Shown: piece by piece, positions 1 to 10,272 of the stretch
Numbering within the stretch: the stretch's first letter is position 1
Layout of the letters: each line of letters opens with the position of its first letter
Assembly: GCA_045627785.1 (NCBI GenBank)
Contig: JAZQOF010000004.1
Coordinates: 117,948-181,947 of the forward strand
DNA length: 64,000 nucleotides
Direction: 5' to 3'
DNA from: Bacteroidales bacterium
GTDB lineage: Bacteria > Bacteroidota > Bacteroidia > Bacteroidales > UBA3663
Notes under the pieces: generated by a model
The model's input: only the letters and a program-made list of their open reading frames with translations
Databases searched by the model: none
Told to the model about the DNA's origin: nothing
Position numbers and translations under genes: made by a program

Positions 1-88
1 GGTTGCGGATAATTGCTTCCTGGTTACCTTTGAAATTGTCGAAGCCGAAATGAAGTTTCAGGCTTTGTTGCAAATTTTTATCTGCCAT
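1..88 (-). CDS. recQ: ATP-dependent DNA helicase RecQ, N-terminal fragment (gene runs off the window start)
   Basis: Hand translation of the minus strand from the ATG at 88 gives MADKNLQQSLKLHFGFDNFKGNQEAIIRN. This resembles the conserved RecQ N-terminus (L..xFGxxxFRxxQ..xI). Only 29 codons are visible. Confidence 0.45.
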   Translation of the reverse strand, partial: MADKNLQQSLKLHFGFDNFKGNQEAIIRN

Positions 89-248
89 TTATATCTTTAT
101 ATGAATCTTTCAAATTTGGGTTTGTTAGGCAAATATAAGAATACTCAAATATAATTCCAAATATTTATACTGAAAAATATGCTTTAAACATAAAAAAGCA
201 CGAAATTATGATAGATTTCGTGCTTGTATTACTTAAATATTATGCTTT

Positions 249-2189
249 TTAAAGCATTTCAAGTTCTTCTGACGCTAACATCCAAGACTCAGAAACTTCA
301 TCAAGCTTTTGTTTTAACTCTCCATGTTTGATGTAAAGTGACTGATCGGAACTGCCTTTTGGTGTTGCCATTTTCGCTTCGAGTTCGGCAATCTGTTTCT
401 CAATTTCGGCAATCTGCTGTTCGCAATTCTTGACTTGTTTTTCGAGCTGATTTCTCTTTCTCTTTACTTCTTTCTGTTCCTCGAAGGAAAGAGGTTCATT
501 GGCAGATATTGTCGATACTTTTTCTTCTTTTATCTGATTTGTTTGAACCGTTTTGTCTTTCTTTTCTAGTTCTTGCAGAGAATCTATGTTTTTCTTCTCT
601 AGATATTCATAGATTCCGCCAAGATGTTCTTTTACCTGTTGATTTCCAAACTCATAAACCTTCGAAACTAAACCATCCAAGAAATCTCGGTCGTGACTTA
701 CGATGATTGCAGTTCCGTCGAATGCTTTTATTGCTTCTTTCAAGACATTCTTGCTCGAAATATCCAAATGGTTTGTAGGCTCATCGAGAATGAGAAGATT
801 TACAGGTTCAAGAAGAAGTCTGATCATTGCCAATCTCGATCTTTCTCCACCAGAAAGAACTTTGACTTTCTTGTCAATATTCTCTCCGCCAAACATAAAT
901 GCTCCGAGAATATCCTTTATTCTAGTTCGGATATCGCCAACAGCAACTCTGTCTATTGTGTCAAATACTGTATATTCCTCGTCTAGCAATTGTGCTTGGT
1001 TCTGAGCAAAATAACCGATTTTTACGCCGTATCCTATCTTTAGTTCTCCATCGAAAGGAATCTGGTTCATAATACATTTTACGAGAGTTGATTTTCCCTC
1101 GCCGTTTCTTCCGACGAAAGCAACTTTCTCTCCTCGACGAACCATAAACTCTGCATCTTTGAAAATCAGATGATCACCATAAGATTTTGAAACATTGTTG
1201 CAGATTACTGGAAAATCTCCCGAACGTGGAGCAGGAGGAAATTTGAGATTGAGATGAGAATTATCAACCTCGTCAATCTCTATAGGAACGATCTTCTCAA
1301 GCTGTTTGATTCGGCTCTGAACCTGAATAGCTTTAGTTGCCTGATAACGGAAACGTTCGATGAAATCTCTCGTTTCCTGAATCATTTTCTGTTGGTTCTC
1401 GTAAGCTCTTCGTTGCTGTTCAATTCGTTCAGCATGCAACACTACATATTTACTATAGTTTACATTGTAATCGTGAATTGTGCCGCAAGTAATCTCGATA
1501 GTTCTGTTTGTGACATTGTCGAGGAAAGCTCTATCGTGACTGATAAGAAGAACCGTTGCGTTGCTCGATGCAAGGAACTTCTCAAGCCATTGAATTGATT
1601 CAATATCAAGGTGATTGGTCGGCTCGTCAAGAAGCAGAAGATCTGGATGTTGAAGGAGAATCTTTGCCAATTCGATTCGCATTCGCCATCCTCCAGAAAA
1701 TTCGGATGTAGGTCGATCAAAGTCTTTTCTTTCAAAACCTAATCCTAAAAGAGTCTTCTCAATTTCAGCATCTCTGTTGTTGGAATTTATCATCGTGAGC
1801 TGTTCATTGAGGTTTGTCATTTCCTCAATAAGTTCCTGATATTCCTGACTCTCGTAATCTGTTCTTTCTGCAAGTTCCTGATTTAAAGTGTCGAGATGTT
1901 TTTCGAGAGTTATAGTGTCTGCAAAAGCCTTTTCAGTTTCTTCTCTAACTGTAAGAGAATCTGTGAGATTCATTACCTGTGGAAGGTAGCCAATAGATAG
2001 TTCTTTTGGTTTGCTGACTCTTCCTTGAGTCGGATTCTGTAGACCTGCAATAATCTTAAGCATGGTACTTTTTCCAGCACCATTCTTTCCGACTAATGCA
2101 ATTCTGTCGTGACGGTTTATAACATATGAAACATCGGTGAAAAGAGGTTTGACGCCAAATTCCACCGATAGATTGTCTATTGAAATCAT
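249..2189 (-). CDS. ABC-F family ATPase (two ABC cassettes, no membrane domain)
   Basis: 646 aa. Two Walker A motifs (GKNGAGKST, GRNGEGKST), two ABC signatures (LSGGWRMR, LSGGERSR) and two Walker B motifs (LLLLDEPTNHLD, LLILDEPTNHLD). C-terminal coiled coil (EKQVKNCEQQIAEIEKQIAELEAK). Confidence 0.9.
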   Translation of the reverse strand: MISIDNLSVEFGVKPLFTDVSYVINRHDRIALVGKNGAGKSTMLKIIAGLQNPTQGRVSKPKELSIGYLPQVMNLTDSLTVREETEKAFADTITLEKHLDTLNQELAERTDYESQEYQELIEEMTNLNEQLTMINSNNRDAEIEKTLLGLGFERKDFDRPTSEFSGGWRMRIELAKILLQHPDLLLLDEPTNHLDIESIQWLEKFLASSNATVLLISHDRAFLDNVTNRTIEITCGTIHDYNVNYSKYVVLHAERIEQQRRAYENQQKMIQETRDFIERFRYQATKAIQVQSRIKQLEKIVPIEIDEVDNSHLNLKFPPAPRSGDFPVICNNVSKSYGDHLIFKDAEFMVRRGEKVAFVGRNGEGKSTLVKCIMNQIPFDGELKIGYGVKIGYFAQNQAQLLDEEYTVFDTIDRVAVGDIRTRIKDILGAFMFGGENIDKKVKVLSGGERSRLAMIRLLLEPVNLLILDEPTNHLDISSKNVLKEAIKAFDGTAIIVSHDRDFLDGLVSKVYEFGNQQVKEHLGGIYEYLEKKNIDSLQELEKKDKTVQTNQIKEEKVSTISANEPLSFEEQKEVKRKRNQLEKQVKNCEQQIAEIEKQIAELEAKMATPKGSSDQSLYIKHGELKQKLDEVSESWMLASEELEML

Positions 2190-2205
2190 TTATGATATCT
2201 TATCA

Positions 2206-4101
2206 TTATTTAGACATTGCGTTTAAGAGCAACTCCTTGTTATTCTTTGTGTTAAGAAGAAGTTTTTGCAACTCTTCCATAGCTTCGATAGGAGTGTGCT
2301 CTGCAAGGTGACGACGAAGAATCCACATACGGCGCGAGAATGCATCATCGAGAAGAAGATCATCACGACGAGTACTTGATGCAAGAAGATCGACTGCAGG
2401 GAATACTCGTTTGTTGGCAATCTTTCTGTCGAGAACCAATTCCATGTTACCTGTTCCCTTGAATTCCTCGAAGATTACTTCATCCATCTTTGATCCTGTT
2501 TCAATCAAAGCTGTTGCAATGATTGTCAACGAACCACCATTTTCAATGTTTCGTGCAGCACCGAAGAAGCGCTTTGGTTTCTGAAGAGCATTTGCTTCAA
2601 CACCTCCGGAAAGTACTTTGCCCGATGAAGGAGAAACAGTATTATATGCTCGCGCAAGACGTGTGATAGAGTCGAGCAAAATAACAACATCATGTCCGCA
2701 TTCTGTCAATCTCTTTGCCTTTTCGATAACCATGTCGGCAACTTTCACATGACGATCTGCAGGTTCATCGAAAGTTGAAGCAATGACTTCTGCATTAACG
2801 CTTCTCTGCATGTCTGTTACTTCTTCCGGACGTTCGTCAACAAGAAGAATAATCATGTAAACTTCTGGGTGATTAGCGCTGATTGCGTTTGCTATCTCTT
2901 TGAGAAGTACTGTCTTACCTGCTTTTGGAGGAGCTACGATCAAAGCACGTTGACCTTTTCCGATAGGTGCGAACATATCTATTACACGACATGAATCGCT
3001 ATCGTTCTCGTCATTGCAGAGCTTGAATTTCTCGTCTGGGAAAAGAGGAGTGAGGTGTTCGAACGGAATTCTGTCTCGCACAAAATCCACTGTTCGTCCA
3101 TTGATCTTATTGATGCCTGTCAAAGGATAATTGTGCTCTCCGACTTTTGGTGGACGGATTGGACCTTCGATCACATCTCCTTGTTTGAGATTATTCTGCT
3201 TGATCTGAGCTTGTGATACATAAATATCGTCTGGCGAAGCGAAATAATTGTAGTCACTAGAACGGAGGAATCCGAAACCATCGGACATAATTTCAAGAAC
3301 GCCTGAACCAATCAATACACCATCAAATTCTTCCGGTTTTGCAGGAATAACTGATGGCTGTTTTTCTTCAATTGTTGCTGGCTTAGTTTCAACAACAACT
3401 TCCTGCTTTGGTTTTGCAACCTCAGAATTCTTTGAATCTCTTGCAGGATTGTTATTATTATTGTTATTGTTGTTCTTCGCCTTATCTTTTTTCTTCTGCT
3501 GATTATTGTTCTGCTTGTCCTTCTTGTAATTATTCTTACTTGGATTGCCAAAAAGATCAGCGAAAGCATTCTTATTCTTCTCGATCAATTCTTTTGCCGA
3601 TTCTTCCGGAGAAACATTTTCTACATAAGGTTCTGGCTCTTCAAAAGAATCTCCTTCAGCCATAAATTGCTCTTCTTCAGGAATGTATTCGTCGTTTTCT
3701 GGTGCATATTCTCCTTCAGGATTGTAATCTTCCTCGGGATTATATTCACCTTCTGGATTTTCATATTGTTCATAACGATATTCTTCCTGAGGCAATTCTT
3801 CTGTTTGCTCAGAATAATTGTCTTCAAATATTTTGCCTTCGTTTGGAGTAGCAGTATTTGCATATTTAGCAACTGTATCTTCAACAATTGCCATAAGTTC
3901 TTCTGCCTCAGCCACACTCTTTGATTTTCTGCCTCTTCCACGAGGTGCAGCAAGTGTGTCTTCAAGATCCTGAATGCGTTGATAAATCTGCTGCACAAAA
4001 TGGTTTTGGTCAGCATGATCAGGATTGTTTACTTTAATAGAATCTGCTAGTTTACACAACTCCACAATGTCGATGGAGTTCAATGCTTCGAATGAAAACA
4101 T
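2206..4101 (-). CDS. rho: Transcription termination factor Rho with a long low-complexity N-terminal insertion
   Basis: 631 aa. The C-terminal two thirds are canonical Rho: an RNA-binding OB region ([14 protein letters not shown]), Walker A (APPKAGKT) and [15 protein letters not shown]. Residues about 85-255 are acidic repeats, a K-rich patch and a poly-N run. Confidence 0.95.
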   Translation of the reverse strand: MFSFEALNSIDIVELCKLADSIKVNNPDHADQNHFVQQIYQRIQDLEDTLAAPRGRGRKSKSVAEAEELMAIVEDTVAKYANTATPNEGKIFEDNYSEQTEELPQEEYRYEQYENPEGEYNPEEDYNPEGEYAPENDEYIPEEEQFMAEGDSFEEPEPYVENVSPEESAKELIEKNKNAFADLFGNPSKNNYKKDKQNNNQQKKKDKAKNNNNNNNNNPARDSKNSEVAKPKQEVVVETKPATIEEKQPSVIPAKPEEFDGVLIGSGVLEIMSDGFGFLRSSDYNYFASPDDIYVSQAQIKQNNLKQGDVIEGPIRPPKVGEHNYPLTGINKINGRTVDFVRDRIPFEHLTPLFPDEKFKLCNDENDSDSCRVIDMFAPIGKGQRALIVAPPKAGKTVLLKEIANAISANHPEVYMIILLVDERPEEVTDMQRSVNAEVIASTFDEPADRHVKVADMVIEKAKRLTECGHDVVILLDSITRLARAYNTVSPSSGKVLSGGVEANALQKPKRFFGAARNIENGGSLTIIATALIETGSKMDEVIFEEFKGTGNMELVLDRKIANKRVFPAVDLLASSTRRDDLLLDDAFSRRMWILRRHLAEHTPIEAMEELQKLLLNTKNNKELLLNAMSK

Positions 4102-4184
4102 GTTTGGAAATGATAACTAAAATTTGGAGATTTGCAAAACAAAACTGTAGAATGAGAAATTTGGTATTATTCTGTTTTGCGGTG

Positions 4185-4192
4185 CAAAGATA
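4185..4192 (-). promoter_or_regulatory. Bacteroidetes -7 promoter box (TATCTTTG) upstream of rho
   Basis: The minus-strand sequence TATCTTTG matches the TAnnTTTG consensus. It lies about 84 nt upstream of the rho ATG. Confidence 0.45.
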
Positions 4193-4257
4193 CTTTATAA
4201 ATTTATAAAAAGCAAATTTTTTTATTAAAAAACACACTTCGTGCAAAAAACAATCAA

Positions 4258-7200
4258 TTATTTATCTTTTTTGAAAGTCTTTGGTCTCCAGAAATACAAA
4301 TCCTTGAGAGTTTTGAAATCTTTTCGCATGATAAAACCAATACCTTGAGTTGTCAAAGCATTGTTGATCGAATAATCTCTTTCATTATAATGGCTATAAG
4401 CTTTTGCGCGCAATGTTCCTGTCCTGTTGATCATGTATTCAACATCAAAGTCGCCAATGAAAGAGTTTGTGCTACTTCTCAAACCAACACGATTTGATGG
4501 ATCTCGATAACCTAAGTTACCGTTCAGTATTAATCGGTCGTTAAATAGGGTTGTGGAAAGAGAAACATCAACGTCGACATCCGAGAAATCGCCTTTGTCT
4601 GAATGGAAGTTTGTTCCCAAGGTGAAATTGTCGCTAATACTAGCAAGGATATTATTCAATTGAGATGTGAGTGAAGCACTAGCGAATGACGACAATTCGG
4701 AACCGGAATTGTTCTGAGAAGAGTTAGCATAATCAGGCGTGTAGAACTTGCTGAATAATAGGAGATAGAATACCTCTTGATTGAGCATGTCAGGCGTACC
4801 TATTATATTATGTACAAGTGCTTGAACATCGTCGCTTGTGTTCTTTATTTCAAGGTCAAAACCAACTTGTGGCGCAGAAATTTGTCCAGTTACAGATAGC
4901 TTACAATCAACAGGGAATGTCGTTCTGTTCAAACTTGCTAAAGTCGTAAAGCTTTCGTCGAGATCTTTCAGGTTTACAGATGGGATGCTGTAGTTTGCGT
5001 TCAAAGTCAGCTCAGCATCGCTGAAATTACCTGGGAATACAATTTTACTTCCGTTTTGAATCTTGAACTCTTTATTCAAAAGGTCGCCTTTCATTGTCAC
5101 AAGATAACCTCCGCTTGTCATGTTATATTCTCCGCTTATGGTTACGTTGCCTTTCGGATCGTAATGAATAGCTACATCACCATTACCTTTGCACAACAAA
5201 CGGTCTTCTGCCAATGGATCCATCTGAACATAAACCTGACAATTCTCAGTGATTTGTGTTCTGAGTTCCAGATCTACACTTTGAGTTTTTGATTTGGTAT
5301 TAGCCGTTTCTATGAAGTCGAAGTTATGATGTGAATAGTCTAAGTTTTCTGATTCAAGGAACTTCTTCTTGTCTCTGAATGTCAAGAAACTATATCCTTT
5401 ATCCGAATAACTCTCTTCGCCTGGCGAAAGATTCAGTTGTGACTTTCCTCTTGTCTGACAGAATATCTTAATATCGTGTTTGTTTCCTCTTCCTTGGAAT
5501 GTTATATTTCCCGAACCGAAGATTTGTCCCCAATACATTTCATTGTTATAATGTGTAGGTTGATCAAATACCAGGAATCCGTTAGGACTAGGAAGATCAA
5601 TTCTTACATCATAATTGAAATGATTGAAATGTCTGTGATCTACTAAAGCATTCAGTACTGCTTCGTTGCCGAATCGATCAAAGAGTTTTGCGTTTTCCAG
5701 TTCTATATGAGAATTGTCAGAATCCTCGTCTTTATATAATGAAATATAGTCTTTTAAGTAGAAACGGGAACCTGACATGTGATGAGTGAATGAAGCTTCT
5801 GTATAAGGTTCGCCAATAAGTTTCAATCTCTTTCCAGGTCCATAAAGATGCAATAATCCTGTTATGTCTCCATGAAAGTCTTCCAGGAATCCGCCAACCC
5901 AAATCTTTATGAAGTCAAGATTGAGTTTATTGGCATCAAAATGAAGATCGAGAGAGTCTTGTGCTCCACAATTCACATATCCTTCGATAATGGATGTATG
6001 GTTGTCTGCGCATTCAATGTCTGCTCTGATTTTCAGTTCGTCGGTCGTTAAGTCGTAATTTGCCTTTACGTCTGTATCTCCAAGATTACCATTCAGATAA
6101 GAGAAATCTTTGACGAACAGGTTCTCGGAGTTGATATACATTGTAGAGTCGTAGACAAACGCAATATCTCCAGTTGCTGTACCTCCAAACATCACATATT
6201 CATTATCCAGGAATGTGAAGAGAGTATCCATCTTCAGTTGTTCGACTTTCGCAAGAAGATCGAACTTTGAGTTTTCTGTTATTATGCCAGAAACATCTAT
6301 TTTTTGTTCGTCGAGTGCAAGCTTCAACTTTGTAAGATCGAAGTTATTATCTTCTCTTTGTTCGACCTTTATTCCATCACATTTAATCAGATCTTTGTTA
6401 AGTTGGATTGTACAAGGATCTACTTCCAAAGACAAAGGATTTGCTGTTGTCGATGCTCGGAGTTTGGTGGAAATATTATTGTTGTCAATTTTGTACTTTA
6501 AATTTAAGTTGTGAACGAGTTTTTCTTCCTTTTTCTCTGATAATAGTTCGACGAAGAAGTTATTGTCTTTATATTGTACGTTTGGTGCAAAGATTTTTGC
6601 ATTTTCGATTGCTTGTAAATCAAATTTCAGTTTGGATTTTTCATTTTCCGATTCTTGGAAACCCAATCGTAGATTTACATTTGCATTTTCGTTGATCGAG
6701 AATGGCAATTGTAAAAATTCAGAGAGACTTCTGGATTCCGGGAAATCCGCTAAAACCTCGGCAAAATCATTTTCGAGAACAAAGTTGCCCGATAAAATTG
6801 GAGAGCTGACATTTGCGAGATATGTTTCGTCCGATAAGAGAGCTTCGGCAATAATTTCAGGAATAAAATAGTTTTCCTGACTTTTGGAGAGCTTCAAAGA
6901 ATCAATCTTGATTTTACCTACAGGCCTTTTGATTTTGTTCAAATTCAAATCACCGTCGATTTCGGCAGAGAATTGAACATCTTCAAGATTCTTCAATTTG
7001 GTCAAGTTGAGTGCGAATGGCTCGAAGTTTATAATGTAGGCTATTACATCTGCTTTCTTTAGCTTGTCCTTATAATAGAATGTTACATTTGCATCTACAT
7101 CACAATTAGGGTCATCAATTGAAAAATTTGCGTCAAATTTCTCATTATTTACTCTGCCTACAAACGATAGGTTTCCGTATTTGTATTTGTTGAGTTCGAT

Positions 7201-8373
7201 ATTATTAGCAAATCCTTCCAAGACGATATTGACTGGATTTTCCTTGTTATAAATGCCGTTTACATTCAATTCTGAAGAGAGTGTTCCGAATGTCTCGATA
7301 TTGGCATTGTATTCGAAATACTGACTTGATCCTTCAACTTCGGCATTAAGGTTAATGTCGCTGATTTCGTCTAAATAACGTTGCGCAGATTCAGTATTCG
7401 ACGAACTGAATTTGTCTATGAAATATGATACAATATTTGATGATACGAAGAACTTGTCTACGTTGGCATAGAACTTCTCGTTTCCGCTTCTCAAGACATC
7501 TTCGCCATTTGCAGAGATGTGAATATCAACAAGATTTGGTGTCTTAAGGTCCAAAGATACTAACGAAAAGTTAAGACTATCTTTGTTCAGTGATGCGAAT
7601 CCGACCAGGTTAGAATCTATTTCGTATTTCTTGTTAAGCGTTTGAGTACAAGTGATGTTTATGTCATTAATATTCAGTTCATCGGCATCAGAATCCAAGA
7701 GAATTATTGATGATGCTTTCTTGATTGATAAACCCGATTTTTCGTCAAATGAAATACGCTTTAACCTGATGTATAAACCTTCATCTAGCGAAGAGGAAAT
7801 CTTCAAGCTGGCGCTGACATTATCCAAGAACAAGTGATTTGGATCAAAGAAATCGTCATTTCTCTTTTTTGTGTAATTGTCATAGGCAATAGTTCCACTT
7901 CTCAGGAAGATTGAGTTGATGTTGAAATTGTCTATGATTTGTCGATTATTATCCTGATCTTTTGGTGCAATAATGTCCAGGATGAACTGAAAATTTGAAT
8001 CTGAAAGAGAATCCTTTTGATTGAGATTGAGATCAAAGTCGATCAATGAAAGTGTGTGAATCTGAAGTTTCTTCTGGATAAGAGGCAAAAGGTCGAAAGA
8101 CACCATTGCTCGACGAGCATAGAAAAGAGTGTCTTTCTGGAGGTCTTTGATCAAGAGATTATCGAGAGTGACTTGATTGAAAATGTCAACAGTTGCATTT
8201 TCTAAGGAAACCTCTGTGCCTAAAAGTTTTGATAAGTCTTCGGTGAAAAGTTTCTTGGTGAGAAGACCATTCAGATTAAATTGAGCAGAAACATACATAG
8301 CTACAATGAGAATTGCCACAATCGCGCCGATTGTGTGAAGGGAATTCTTCAAGTAGTGTATGAGTTTTCTCAT
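4258..8373 (-). CDS. TamB/AsmA-like translocation and assembly module protein (giant inner-membrane-anchored periplasm-spanning protein)
   Basis: 1371 aa with a single N-terminal TM anchor (IGAIVAILIVAMYVSAQ). The body is long, beta-rich and N/S/D-rich. The conserved C-terminal region and overall size are typical of Bacteroidetes TamB (DUF490) proteins. Confidence 0.65.
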   Translation of the reverse strand: MRKLIHYLKNSLHTIGAIVAILIVAMYVSAQFNLNGLLTKKLFTEDLSKLLGTEVSLENATVDIFNQVTLDNLLIKDLQKDTLFYARRAMVSFDLLPLIQKKLQIHTLSLIDFDLNLNQKDSLSDSNFQFILDIIAPKDQDNNRQIIDNFNINSIFLRSGTIAYDNYTKKRNDDFFDPNHLFLDNVSASLKISSSLDEGLYIRLKRISFDEKSGLSIKKASSIILLDSDADELNINDINITCTQTLNKKYEIDSNLVGFASLNKDSLNFSLVSLDLKTPNLVDIHISANGEDVLRSGNEKFYANVDKFFVSSNIVSYFIDKFSSSNTESAQRYLDEISDINLNAEVEGSSQYFEYNANIETFGTLSSELNVNGIYNKENPVNIVLEGFANNIELNKYKYGNLSFVGRVNNEKFDANFSIDDPNCDVDANVTFYYKDKLKKADVIAYIINFEPFALNLTKLKNLEDVQFSAEIDGDLNLNKIKRPVGKIKIDSLKLSKSQENYFIPEIIAEALLSDETYLANVSSPILSGNFVLENDFAEVLADFPESRSLSEFLQLPFSINENANVNLRLGFQESENEKSKLKFDLQAIENAKIFAPNVQYKDNNFFVELLSEKKEEKLVHNLNLKYKIDNNNISTKLRASTTANPLSLEVDPCTIQLNKDLIKCDGIKVEQREDNNFDLTKLKLALDEQKIDVSGIITENSKFDLLAKVEQLKMDTLFTFLDNEYVMFGGTATGDIAFVYDSTMYINSENLFVKDFSYLNGNLGDTDVKANYDLTTDELKIRADIECADNHTSIIEGYVNCGAQDSLDLHFDANKLNLDFIKIWVGGFLEDFHGDITGLLHLYGPGKRLKLIGEPYTEASFTHHMSGSRFYLKDYISLYKDEDSDNSHIELENAKLFDRFGNEAVLNALVDHRHFNHFNYDVRIDLPSPNGFLVFDQPTHYNNEMYWGQIFGSGNITFQGRGNKHDIKIFCQTRGKSQLNLSPGEESYSDKGYSFLTFRDKKKFLESENLDYSHHNFDFIETANTKSKTQSVDLELRTQITENCQVYVQMDPLAEDRLLCKGNGDVAIHYDPKGNVTISGEYNMTSGGYLVTMKGDLLNKEFKIQNGSKIVFPGNFSDAELTLNANYSIPSVNLKDLDESFTTLASLNRTTFPVDCKLSVTGQISAPQVGFDLEIKNTSDDVQALVHNIIGTPDMLNQEVFYLLLFSKFYTPDYANSSQNNSGSELSSFASASLTSQLNNILASISDNFTLGTNFHSDKGDFSDVDVDVSLSTTLFNDRLILNGNLGYRDPSNRVGLRSSTNSFIGDFDVEYMINRTGTLRAKAYSHYNERDYSINNALTTQGIGFIMRKDFKTLKDLYFWRPKTFKKDK

Positions 8374-9527
8374 TTATATAATAAATAGTTTTCTCGAATT
8401 TTCTTATATTCTGTCAAATCTTTCTGCCAACTGCTTCTGATTTGTTTTTCTGTCATTCCTGAAAGTATTTGCTTGCGTAGTTTGTCTGTTCCTGCAAGTC
8501 GGTCAAAGAAGCTTGTAGAAGTGATGAATGATGCTCCAAGCTGTTTGTAGGCATTCAAGACAAAAGATAGATTGAAACCTTTGATCTGTTCAATATTTCT
8601 TAAATCCTCGCCTTTGCATGCTTTCCCATTCTGAAGAGGATTCTTGTTTGATTTTGAAGGCTTTGGAGTAAAAACAAAAGATCCTTTCATGTTTGGATGC
8701 CCATAGCATTCAAATGGATGAACGGTTCCTCGTCCGACGCTTACACTTGTACCTTCAAACAGACAAAGACTTGGATAGATGTTGATGGCATGAGCATTCG
8801 GAAGATTTGGAGAAGGAGCAATCGGACAATCATATTTGTCACCATGTTTCCAATTGTTGCATGGCACAACAATAAGATTCTCAGTAATATTTGCCCAACC
8901 TTCGCCTACCATCATTTTGGCAAGTTCTCCAAGAGTACATCCATGAAGCAGAGGAATAGGAATTATTCCGACAAATGATTTGAATTTTGGATCAAGAATC
9001 GGACCATCAATTGCGTCGTTTGGATTTGGACGGTCAAGAATCAATAGCTCTTTATGATTCTCTCCGCAAGCTTCCATCACATAAAATAGTGTTGATAGAT
9101 AAGTATAGAAACGAGCACCGACATCCTGCATGTCAAATATCAGAATGTCAATGTCTTCCATCCATTCTTTCTGAGGCTTCTTAGTGTTCCCGTAAAGAGA
9201 ATAGATCTTCAAACCAGTTTCCTCGTCTTTGGCATTCTTGAGATGTTCTCCTGCTTCAGCAACGCCTTTGTATCCATGTTCAGGTGCCATAATACATTTG
9301 ACGTTTACGCCTCTTGCAATCAATGAATCAGGCAAAGCTTTATAAGTTCCGTCGGTGGATGAAATCACGCTTGTGTGATTGACCACAAGTCCGACTCTTT
9401 TGTCTTTGATTATCGGCAAATATTCCTCGATTCGATCTGCTCCAGTTTGTATTTTTTGAGCATACAAATCGATATTGAAGAGAAAAAGACAAAATAGTAT
9501 GATTGGAATTGAATAAAACTTATTCAT
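8370..9527 (-). CDS. DUF1343 family protein (NamZ/YbbC-like exo-beta-N-acetylmuramidase)
   Basis: 385 aa with a signal peptide. Family motifs are present: GLVVNHTSV, APEHGY and FDMQDVGARFYTY. Its stop overlaps the TamB-like start (ATGA). Confidence 0.8.
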   Translation of the reverse strand: MNKFYSIPIILFCLFLFNIDLYAQKIQTGADRIEEYLPIIKDKRVGLVVNHTSVISSTDGTYKALPDSLIARGVNVKCIMAPEHGYKGVAEAGEHLKNAKDEETGLKIYSLYGNTKKPQKEWMEDIDILIFDMQDVGARFYTYLSTLFYVMEACGENHKELLILDRPNPNDAIDGPILDPKFKSFVGIIPIPLLHGCTLGELAKMMVGEGWANITENLIVVPCNNWKHGDKYDCPIAPSPNLPNAHAINIYPSLCLFEGTSVSVGRGTVHPFECYGHPNMKGSFVFTPKPSKSNKNPLQNGKACKGEDLRNIEQIKGFNLSFVLNAYKQLGASFITSTSFFDRLAGTDKLRKQILSGMTEKQIRSSWQKDLTEYKKIRENYLLYK

Positions 9528-9583
9528 TAATTGTTTTTATTGGAAAAATCTCTTATTTTTGCGTGCAAATATAAAATAATAGT

Positions 9584-10177
9584 TTGAACAAACAAATAAT
9601 TCGCAAAAAAATGTTGAATGAATTATCTATCATTGGCCATTTCTATCCAGAAAACACAATGTTGAGAAAAATGTTGGTGAGACATAGTATGCAAGTGAGG
9701 TTGAAAGCTCTTGAAATTGCTGAGATGCCTGAGAACAAATCGCTCAACATTGACTTGGATGTCGTTTCTGCTGGCGCATTGCTTCATGATATTGGAATTA
9801 AGGAGTGTGATGCACCTTCGATTCTCTGTAATGGCTCAAATCATTATTTGTGCCATGGAATTATCGGCGCAGAAATGTTACGTGACTATGGTAAGGAATT
9901 CAATGTTGATCTTGAGAAATATGCTCGAATTTGTGAACGGCATACAGGAAGCGGATTGACGGCAAAAGAGATCGAACAACAAGGTCTGCCTTTGCCTCAT
10001 AAGGATTTCCTTCCAGAGACGATAGAAGAGAAACTTGTTTGCTTTGCAGATTCTTTTTTCTCTAAGTCAGGAAGGATGGAAGAGAAATCTGTAGATAAGA
10101 TTAGGAAATCCATGATGAAATTTGGGATTGACACATTGGAGAGATTTGACGCAATGTGTGAACTTTTTCATGTGTAA
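9584..10177 (+). CDS. HD-domain phosphohydrolase
   Basis: 197 aa with an HD motif (ALLHDIGI) and downstream His and Asp residues. The track start is TTG; an ATG at 9611 is an alternative start. A TATTTTTG -7 box lies about 25 nt upstream. Confidence 0.7.
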   Translation: MNKQIIRKKMLNELSIIGHFYPENTMLRKMLVRHSMQVRLKALEIAEMPENKSLNIDLDVVSAGALLHDIGIKECDAPSILCNGSNHYLCHGIIGAEMLRDYGKEFNVDLEKYARICERHTGSGLTAKEIEQQGLPLPHKDFLPETIEEKLVCFADSFFSKSGRMEEKSVDKIRKSMMKFGIDTLERFDAMCELFHV

Positions 10178-10272
10178 CTTTTGGAATTCTCATTATTATA
10201 ATTATATTTGCGCGTAATTTTTATACTAAACAGATACAGATAAAAAGCAAATACGCTTAGAATTCCAGAAAT

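Noticed and set aside
4133-4143. TGCAAAACAAA upstream of rho as another copy of the TGCAAAACGTC element.
   Set aside because: It lacks the CGTC half, lies on the strand opposite to rho and does not have the 71-72 bp spacing. It is probably chance in AT-rich DNA. GCAAAACGCC on the reverse strand inside the permease gene (about 15344) was dismissed for the same reason.
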